Origin: Clostridia bacterium | Lineage (GTDB): Bacteria > Bacillota > Clostridia > Christensenellales > CAG-138 | Assembly (NCBI GenBank): GCA_017509785.1 | Contig: JAFWOT010000012.1 | Coordinates: 1,544-65,543 of the forward strand | DNA: 64,000 nucleotides | Reading direction: 5' to 3' | Part shown: positions 1 through 7,078 of the stretch, one piece after another | Layout of the letters: each line of letters begins with the position of its first letter | How positions within the stretch are numbered: position 1 is the first letter of the stretch | Notes under the pieces: generated by a model | Databases searched by the model: none | The model's input: only the letters and a program-made list of their open reading frames with translations | Told to the model about the DNA's origin: nothing | Program-made: the position numbers and the translations under genes

Positions 1-1
1 C

Positions 2-1633
2 TTGTATGAGGCTGCCCTTTGCCGGGAGCGTGCCGACTGGATTGTCGGAATGAACGCTACCCGGCTTTTTTCATGTCTGTACGGCCAGACTCTGGCTGTT
101 GGCAGGGTGATGACGCCGACGCTGGCCATGGTTGTCATGCGGGACGCCCAGATCGCAGCCTTCAAGCCGGAACCTTTCTGGACTGTCCTGTTGAAAGCCG
201 GAGACCTTACTGTGTCCAGCCGACGTTTTTCGACAAAAAACGACGCCGAGATAGTCCTTCAGGAGTGCCAGGCTGCAGGTGAAGCCGTGATCGAAGCTGT
301 TGAGACGAAAGAAAAGCTGGAGAAGCCGCCTCTTCTGTATGACCTGACGAGCCTGCAGAGAGACGCCAACCGCATCCTCGGCTTTACGGCTCAGCAGACA
401 CTGGATCACACCCAGAGCCTTTACGAAAAGAAGTTGGTCACTTATCCCCGCACCGACAGCCGGTATCTTACCGATGATATGCGGGAGATGCTGCCGGAGC
501 TGATCAATGCAGTTGCACGCAAATTCAAATACAACGGCAGTGCGCTTCGCAGTGAGCCGGTCCGCCCTGCAAGCATTTTCAACAGCAGCAAGGTCAGCGA
601 CCATCATGCCATTATCCCGACAAAGACGATGACCGGGAGTGATTTCAGTGAGCTTTCCTTGGGAGAAATGGCAGTTCTGCAATTGATTTCCGCAAGGTTA
701 CTCTGCGCAGTTGCTGAAGATTACCGGTATGCGGAATCAACCGTAAAGTCACGATGTGGAGCTGAAGAATTCACCAAGAAAGGCAGAACAGACCTGCAGC
801 TTGGCTGGAAAGCCATCTGGCAGCATTTCTATCCGGATAAGAAGAAGGATGAGGATTCCATCGGCCAGATCCCGGGCCAGGGAAATCGGCTTCAAATCGA
901 TTCTTCGGCGCTGAAAGAGGGCAAGACCTCCCCGAGTAAGCACTTTACGGAAGACACCCTTCTCTCGGCTATGGAGACTGCCGGTGCCGATGAAACGCCG
1001 GAGGAAGCGGAACGCAAGGGCCTTGGTACCCCGGCCACCCGTGCCGCAACCATCGAAAAGCTGGTGCAGCGCGGCTTCATCGAGCGAAAGGGCGACAGGA
1101 AGACCAGACACCTGATCGCCACAGACAAAGGCAATGCCCTGATCACGGTCATGCCGGAGCAGATCCAGTCGCCTTCCATGACTGCAGAATGGGAGCAGAA
1201 GCTCCTGGGCATCGAACACGGCGAATACGACGCTGCGGATTTCATGGACGGGATCTCCGGGATGATCGCCGGGCTTGTGACAACCTATGAAAAAGCGAAA
1301 GGAGCAGATGCGCTTATGAGCAGAAACAAAGTGATCGGTACCTGCCCCCACTGCGGGGCCGAGGTGCTGGAAAAACAGAAGGGCTGGTTCTGCAGCAACA
1401 GTGAATGCCGGTTCATTCTCTGGAAGGACAATGCCTATTTCACGAAGATCGGCAAACGCCTGACCGCCCAGATCGTGGAGAAGCTTCTGAAGGATGGCCG
1501 CGCCAGACTGAAGGACTGCAAGAGCCAGAAGACCGGCAAGACCTATAATGCGGATATCCTGCTTTCCACGGAAGCGGACGGCAGACCGCAGTTCTCCATG
1601 GATTTTGACAAGCGAAAAGGAGGCGGTAAGTGA
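2..1633 (+). CDS. topB: DNA topoisomerase III (type IA), C-terminal part; 5' end outside the window
   Basis: The frame is open to the window edge. It carries the type IA catalytic-tyrosine motif LVTYPRTDSRYL and a C-terminal Cys4 zinc ribbon (CPHCG...CSNSEC). The conjugative-element context is typical. Confidence 0.8.
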   Translation: MYEAALCRERADWIVGMNATRLFSCLYGQTLAVGRVMTPTLAMVVMRDAQIAAFKPEPFWTVLLKAGDLTVSSRRFSTKNDAEIVLQECQAAGEAVIEAVETKEKLEKPPLLYDLTSLQRDANRILGFTAQQTLDHTQSLYEKKLVTYPRTDSRYLTDDMREMLPELINAVARKFKYNGSALRSEPVRPASIFNSSKVSDHHAIIPTKTMTGSDFSELSLGEMAVLQLISARLLCAVAEDYRYAESTVKSRCGAEEFTKKGRTDLQLGWKAIWQHFYPDKKKDEDSIGQIPGQGNRLQIDSSALKEGKTSPSKHFTEDTLLSAMETAGADETPEEAERKGLGTPATRAATIEKLVQRGFIERKGDRKTRHLIATDKGNALITVMPEQIQSPSMTAEWEQKLLGIEHGEYDAADFMDGISGMIAGLVTTYEKAKGADALMSRNKVIGTCPHCGAEVLEKQKGWFCSNSECRFILWKDNAYFTKIGKRLTAQIVEKLLKDGRARLKDCKSQKTGKTYNADILLSTEADGRPQFSMDFDKRKGGGK

Positions 1634-2205
1634 TGGACGAGAAAGAACACAGCATCCGCTTCATCAACAGCAGTTATGACACGCTCTTCCGGATCCCGGA
1701 CGGCGGCACCGTGGAAGTTCAGTTCCCTGACCGGAAGTTCTCCGCAAAGTGCGAGTATATCGACGATTATCACACGCTCGTTGGTGACTCTGTATTCCAC
1801 ATCTGCGAATTTGCCGAGATGGTGGAGCATCAGCACGGCTCTGTCCGCCCTGAGCCGGAGACCGAATTGGACCAGGCAGCCTGGCAGCTTGCTCACAGAG
1901 AATACCTTACACTGCAGACTACGGATTCCGGGTACGATTATACGATTTACAGCCAGCAGTTCAAACTGATGGATGGAGGTCAGCTCGATAACCCTGAACT
2001 CACCATGAATCAGGCGCGGGATCAGATCATGGAGATGCATGGGTATGGACGCAGGAACCGACGCGCTGTTCCTTATGAACACGTTATGGAACAGGCTGAG
2101 CTTGTAAGCGGCTCTGTTCTGAAACAGCTGGACGATCTGAAAAGCAATTCCTCACAGGAGAAGAAACCCGGAAAGGAGGTTCGCCATGCCGGAAAAGAAA
2201 GATAA
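1633..2205 (+). CDS. Hypothetical conjugative-element protein
   Basis: ATG overlaps the topB stop. [11 protein letters not shown] lies ~9 nt upstream. I recognise no motif. Confidence 0.45.
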   Translation: MDEKEHSIRFINSSYDTLFRIPDGGTVEVQFPDRKFSAKCEYIDDYHTLVGDSVFHICEFAEMVEHQHGSVRPEPETELDQAAWQLAHREYLTLQTTDSGYDYTIYSQQFKLMDGGQLDNPELTMNQARDQIMEMHGYGRRNRRAVPYEHVMEQAELVSGSVLKQLDDLKSNSSQEKKPGKEVRHAGKER

Positions 2206-3538
2206 AGCCTATCCCTCCCAGTTTGATAAGGTCAAGGAGATCACCGACAAGCTGGAAGCCGGTATCCAGGCGCTGTTTGAGAGTGAAGCTTTCAAGAACT
2301 ATCTGAAGACGCTCTCCAAATTCCACGATTATTCCCTGAACAATACGATCCTGATCGCCATGCAGAAGCCGGATGCCACCTTGGTTGCCGGATACACTGC
2401 CTGGCAGAAGAACTTCGGCAGGCAGGTACAGAAGGGCGAGACCGGGATCCGGATCCTTGCTCCGACGCCTTATAAGAAACAGATGGAAGTGGACCGGCTT
2501 GATCCTGTCACGCAACAGCCGGTCCTGAATCCGGACGGCAGCACGGCAAAGGATTTAAAGGAGATCATGGTCCCAGCCTTCAAGGTCGTGAACGTCTTTG
2601 ATGTCAGCCAGACGGACGGAAAGCCCCTACCCACCATCGGCGTGGATGAGCTCTCCGGTAATGTCACAAATTACGAGATGTTCTTCGAAGCCCTGAAACG
2701 GGCGTGCCCGGTTCCTGTCGGCTTTGAGGATATCCCTTCCGGGGCCAAGGGCTACTACCACACGGTTGATGAACGGATCGCCCTGCAGGAAGGTATGAGC
2801 CAGGTCCAGACGGTCAAGACAATGATTCACGAGATGGCCCACCAGAAGCTGCATGCCATTGATCCGAAGGACCTGCCTCCGGAGGAACCGAGGCTCACCC
2901 GAAACGCCAAGGAGGTCGAGGCGGAGGCTGTCGCTTACACCGTCGCCCAGCATTACGGCATCGAGACAAGCGATTACAGCTTTGCCTATATCGCCGGATG
3001 GTCTCACGGAAAGGAAACACCGGAGCTGAAGGCTTCCCTTGACAGGATCCGCAAGGCTGCCGATGAGATGATCACGAGCATCGATGACCACATCATGTAT
3101 CTTCAGCAGGAAAAAGGAATTGACGTGAAACCGGAGATTTCGCCGAATCCTGCTCCCGGTCTTCAGGAGAACGGCAGGTACCGTTATTATTCCACCCAGC
3201 GTCCGGTCGATATCGGCACTTTCCCGAAACCTGCCGGTAATGCTCCTGTGGAGATCCACAACTATGATAATCGGCAGCCTGTTGAGGGTGGCACGATGCA
3301 GGCCTGGGGTTGGCTGGAATACGCTAAGCCTCTGACTGAAAAGGAAGCCGATGATTACGAATTGAAACCAGCCCCGTCTGCGGAGAAAGCTAAGATCGCC
3401 CCGGACCAGTCAGAGTCCTCTTCCGAGAAGAAGCATTCCGTCCTGCAGGATCTGCAGACGAAGGCTGAAAAGGCCAAACAGAAATCCACACAAATAAGCA
3501 CACAGAAATCGCACAAAAAGAAGGAGGAATCACGATGA
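2186..3538 (+). CDS. ArdC-like antirestriction / ssDNA-binding protein with metalloprotease motif
   Basis: N-terminal ArdC_N (DUF1738)-type segment [48 protein letters not shown]. HExxH-type motif [23 protein letters not shown] precedes the ATG. Confidence 0.75.
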   Translation: [450 protein letters not shown]

Positions 3539-3777
3539 TCTTTACCGTAGAAGAAGCTGCTCTGGTCAGCTCATTTGATCATTCCAACCGGAATGCTGCC
3601 CTTTTGAAAATGGCAGCGCATCTGAAGTTGATCGAGGATGCTGAACTGAAGGAGCTCACCCGTCGCACCGTCAGGAAGCTGAACAAACTGACAGACTCAG
3701 AATTCGCCAGCATCGATTTTACTGTCTACGACAGTGATGCTGAGAACGAGGAGGCAGATCATGAGCAAATGGGATGA
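3535..3777 (+). CDS. Transposon-transfer assisting (TTRAP) family protein
   Basis: 80-aa protein. The start MIFTVEEAALVSS... and the C-terminal LTDSEFASIDF match the family pattern as I remember it. The gene is translationally coupled (ATGA overlap). Confidence 0.6.
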   Translation: MIFTVEEAALVSSFDHSNRNAALLKMAAHLKLIEDAELKELTRRTVRKLNKLTDSEFASIDFTVYDSDAENEEADHEQMG

Positions 3778-4294
3778 AGCACACACGGAGCCGATGCATG
3801 ATCACCCTGCTGAAAAGGATCAGCTGGTTGCTGCAATGGAGGCTGCGGGGTATACGCTGGACACACTGGAAAGCACCGGAGACAATCTGAGGTTCTACGG
3901 TGCCTTCGGAAATATCCTGACGATGGGCGGCTGGCATGAATGCGAGGAGTGGCTGAACGGCGTCGTGTTTGATGATCCGCAGGTTTCTGATCGCGTGGAG
4001 ATCATCCTGCATCCGGAGCGTTTCCCGGAACGAGATCCGCAGAGAGCCGCGCTTCGTGCTGTGGAGGACGCCGTGGAACAGAACGACAACAGCTTTGACG
4101 GAATCATCAACAACATGCCGCAGCCGGATCCTGCAGAAGCACTCAGAGCCCAGGCCAGACAATCCGAGCAGACAGCTGCAAGGGATTCTGTTCTGGAGCA
4201 GCTGAAAGCACAGCGCGAACGTGCGGAACAGATCGAGAAGGCAAAACACCGTCCTCACATTCTTCGTCATCCGGAAGAAAGGGAGCATGTATGA
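3761..4294 (+). CDS. Hypothetical conjugative-element protein (possible DUF4316-like motif)
   Basis: ATG at 3761 follows RBS GAGGAGG. The motif EQNDNSFDGIINN recalls the DGIINN signature of Clostridial ICE proteins. That assignment is from memory only. Confidence 0.45.
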   Translation: MSKWDEAHTEPMHDHPAEKDQLVAAMEAAGYTLDTLESTGDNLRFYGAFGNILTMGGWHECEEWLNGVVFDDPQVSDRVEIILHPERFPERDPQRAALRAVEDAVEQNDNSFDGIINNMPQPDPAEALRAQARQSEQTAARDSVLEQLKAQRERAEQIEKAKHRPHILRHPEEREHV

Positions 4295-4623
4295 TTTCCA
4301 GAAGTCAGGACCTGCATGCATATTTTACTCTTGATGAGGTCAAAAGGATCCATGAGCGGATGGCTGAAGCAGGCGTCAGAAGCCGCAGTGCTTATTTTCG
4401 GAAAATGGCTCTGGACGGCTATATCGTTAAGCTGGATATGGAAGAGATCACTGAGATGGTTTCTCTTCTCAGGCATAGCAGCAACAGCCTGAACCAGATC
4501 GCTAAAAAAGTCAATGCCACCGGGTCTCCTTATGGAGCCGACATTGCTTCAATGCAAGCAAGACAAGATGAGATCTGGGAGCTGGCCAAGGAGATCTTAG
4601 CAAGACTTTCGACTATTCAGTAG
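4291..4623 (+). CDS. mobC: MobC-family relaxosome accessory protein
   Basis: 110-aa protein with RSAYFRKMALDGYIV...LLRHSSNSLNQIAKKVNATG, typical of the mobilisation protein MobC. It lies directly upstream of the relaxase. Confidence 0.7.
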   Translation: MISRSQDLHAYFTLDEVKRIHERMAEAGVRSRSAYFRKMALDGYIVKLDMEEITEMVSLLRHSSNSLNQIAKKVNATGSPYGADIASMQARQDEIWELAKEILARLSTIQ

Positions 4624-4631
4624 GAGCAAAC

Positions 4632-4678
4632 GAACCGGGACTGCATCGGATTGATCCGGTGTGGTTCCGGGTTTTTTT
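4632..4678 (+). terminator. Composite hairpin plus T-run between mobC and the relaxase gene (terminator-like; also an oriT candidate)
   Basis: GAACC(4632-4636)/GGTTC(4663-4667) enclose GCATCGGA(4643-4650)/TCCGGTGT(4655-4662, two G-U pairs). The run TTTTTTT at 4672-4678 follows. Confidence 0.35.
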
Positions 4679-4698
4679 AATTTTCAGGAGGAAACCAA

Positions 4699-6093
4699 AT
4701 GGCAGCAACGAGATTAATACCTCTGCATGCAAACAAGGGTCGTACTGTGGCTCAAAGCCTCAGCGACAGAACGGATTATGCCAAGAATCCAGAGAAAACA
4801 GAAAAGGGAGAACTGGTCACAGCTTATCACTGCGACCCATTTACAGTAGACGAGGAATTTATGCTTCAGAAAAGACTCTACCACCAGATCACTGGCGGAA
4901 GCAGAAATGACAAAGTGATTGCCTACCAGATCCGCCAGTCTTTTAAGCCCGGAGAGGTAACGCCGGAAGAAGCGAATCGCCTGGGACATGAACTGGCGAT
5001 GCGGTTTACCAAGGGCAGGTATTCTTTCATCGTGGCTACTCACACAGACCGGGCACATATTCATAACCACATCCTTTTCAATGCCACCAGTATAGACGGA
5101 ACAAAAAAGTTCAGGAACTTCTGGCTTTCCAGTATCGCTCTTCAGCGGGTCAGTGATTTGGTGTGTCTGGAAAATGGACTTTCCGTTATTGCTCCGGTTC
5201 CGTATTCTGAACGCGAAAAAAGAACGGAGTATCCAAAACGCGAAAGCATCCGGACAGTCATATGCTCAGATATTGATGCGGCGCTTCAAAGGAAGCCGAA
5301 AGACTTTTCCAAATTTCTGTCCTTCATGGAAAGCACCGGATATGAGGTGAAGCAAGGGGCAAGAATAGCGGTAAAAGGCAAAAACCAGCAACGCTTCGTT
5401 CGCTTGTCTTCACTCGGTGACGGATATACGGAAGCTGATATCCGCGCAGTTATCTCCGGCGAGAGGCAGCATGAAATCAAAACTCCGGTATTCCATCGAC
5501 GCCAGAGATCCGTAAATCTCATCATAGACATCCAGGCCAAAATGAAAGAAAAAGGTCCGGGTTATACCCGGTGGGCTACGGTTTATAACCTGAAGCAGAT
5601 GTCCAAGACACTGCTGTTTCTGCGTGATAATAAGATCAGCAGTCTGGATCAGCTGCAGGCATTGACTGATGAGAAAACAGCGAAGCGGGATGAGCTGCTG
5701 GCTTCCATTAAAACGTCGGAAGCTCGGCTGACAGAAATCGCTTCTCTCAAAAAGCATATCATCAATTATTCCAAAACTCGCTCCACGTATGAAGAGTACC
5801 GTAAAGCCGGTTACAGTAAAAAGTTCTTTGAGGCTCATCGGGAAGAACTCACTTTGCATAAAGCGGCCAAGCAGGCTTTTGATGAATTGGAAGTCCGCAA
5901 GATTCCGAAGGTCAAGGAATTGTCTGCTGAGTACGCAAGGATACTCACGGAAAAGAAGCAGGCCTATGCAGAGTATCGGATGATAAAGGAAGAAGCGCAG
6001 GAATTGGTGATTGCAAAAATGAATATTGACTCTCTGTACGAAGCTGAAAAAGCGGAGGAACAGCGCATCCGCCAAAGGGAAAAAACGCATTGA
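4699..6093 (+). CDS. Relaxase / mobilisation nuclease (MobA/VirD2 family)
   Basis: Histidine-triad motif HTDRAHIHNHILFNATS. N-terminal relaxase domain with a coiled-coil C-terminus. RBS AGGAGG. Confidence 0.85.
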   Translation: MAATRLIPLHANKGRTVAQSLSDRTDYAKNPEKTEKGELVTAYHCDPFTVDEEFMLQKRLYHQITGGSRNDKVIAYQIRQSFKPGEVTPEEANRLGHELAMRFTKGRYSFIVATHTDRAHIHNHILFNATSIDGTKKFRNFWLSSIALQRVSDLVCLENGLSVIAPVPYSEREKRTEYPKRESIRTVICSDIDAALQRKPKDFSKFLSFMESTGYEVKQGARIAVKGKNQQRFVRLSSLGDGYTEADIRAVISGERQHEIKTPVFHRRQRSVNLIIDIQAKMKEKGPGYTRWATVYNLKQMSKTLLFLRDNKISSLDQLQALTDEKTAKRDELLASIKTSEARLTEIASLKKHIINYSKTRSTYEEYRKAGYSKKFFEAHREELTLHKAAKQAFDELEVRKIPKVKELSAEYARILTEKKQAYAEYRMIKEEAQELVIAKMNIDSLYEAEKAEEQRIRQREKTH

Positions 6094-6160
6094 TCATAAA
6101 GGTGGGACACAAAAAGAAGGCCAGTACGACAACTGGTCTTCTCCTACATTTCTTATTCAG

Positions 6161-6433
6161 TTATCTGTGGCGATTTTGGAGAGATCTCTCCAGGACTCTG
6201 AGCTGTTTCCCAGATAATGACGAGATGAAGTTCTCGATGGATTCATCCTTTGGCTCGGGATCAGGTTCACGCGGTTCGATGATCAGCTTACCTTCTTCAC
6301 ATGAGACCTGGATCGGTGTGTGCTTGTCGAAGCCGTACTGCTTCAACCATTGGCCCTTCAGGATGATAGTGGGAGTTGGAACATAGTTCTTTCCGCTGGT
6401 GTTGTAGACCTTCAGTTTTCTTCTTTCTGCCAT
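6161..6433 (-). CDS. symE: SymE-family type I toxin-antitoxin system toxin (AbrB/SpoVT fold)
   Basis: VPTPTIILKGQWLKQYGFDKHTPIQVSCEEGKLIIEP parallels E. coli SymE [45 protein letters not shown] precedes the ATG at 6433. Confidence 0.75.
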   Translation of the reverse strand: MAERRKLKVYNTSGKNYVPTPTIILKGQWLKQYGFDKHTPIQVSCEEGKLIIEPREPDPEPKDESIENFISSLSGKQLRVLERSLQNRHR

Positions 6434-6726
6434 GGCAGTCCTCCTTTCTTTTTAGTGCATCGATTATATCCCAAAACGCCAGTATTTACCAGAAACAGAA
6501 TGTGTGAGTTTTGAAAAATCAGCTGGAGCGACTGCTCATCATTAAGCATTTCGCAGAAACGCGCAGCCACACGAAGTGTGATCAAAGGGTTTGGGAATCC
6601 CAACATGCAAGCGCATATTCGGAGGAATCTTACGAATATGCATTGCTTGCCACTTAGTGAAAAGGCAAAAAACGGCTCTCTTGATGTTTAGAACCGTCAA
6701 CACGGGGGTTCAGCTGGGAATTAGTC

Positions 6727-6755
6727 TTGAAAAAATGCGTAATTTTGTGTATAAT
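6727..6755 (+). promoter_or_regulatory. Near-consensus sigma-A promoter upstream of the XRE gene and the type I R-M operon
   Basis: TTGAAA (6727-6732), a 17-nt spacer ending in TG, then TATAAT (6750-6755). Confidence 0.6.
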
Positions 6756-6854
6756 TCAAAATGTTGAGTTGCATCCTGATGGGCCTGCAGGTTTTGACTT
6801 TATTTCGGGCCCTACAGCAACGCCAACTTTGTTTTTTAGAACAGGGGGTTGTCT

Positions 6855-7061
6855 ATGGCAGTCAGTTATAACAAGCTCTGGAACCTGGTCAGACAGAACA
6901 AAATGAAGAAAGGTGATCTTGCCAGAGCAGCAGAAATCAGTGCGTATTGGATGTCCAAGCTGAACAAAGATCAGCCTGTACAGATGGAGGTGATGCTCCG
7001 ACTGTGCAAGGTGTTTCATTGTGATATTGGGGATTTGATGGAAGTCATCGAAGAAGAATAA
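6855..7061 (+). CDS. XRE-family helix-turn-helix regulator (possible R-M controller protein)
   Basis: 68-aa protein with HTH segment KKGDLARAAEISAYWMSKLNKDQ and ending LCKVFHCDIGDLMEVIE. ATG at 6855 lies 6 nt after AGGGGG. It is immediately upstream of hsdM. Confidence 0.8.
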   Translation: MAVSYNKLWNLVRQNKMKKGDLARAAEISAYWMSKLNKDQPVQMEVMLRLCKVFHCDIGDLMEVIEEE

Positions 7062-7078
7062 CTGTTAGGAGTGAGATA

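Noticed and set aside
6412-6606. 64-aa minus-strand ORF upstream of and overlapping the symE start.
   Set aside because: It overlaps the symE RBS and start, and has no RBS or motif of its own. The region is more likely a regulatory or antisense-RNA region.
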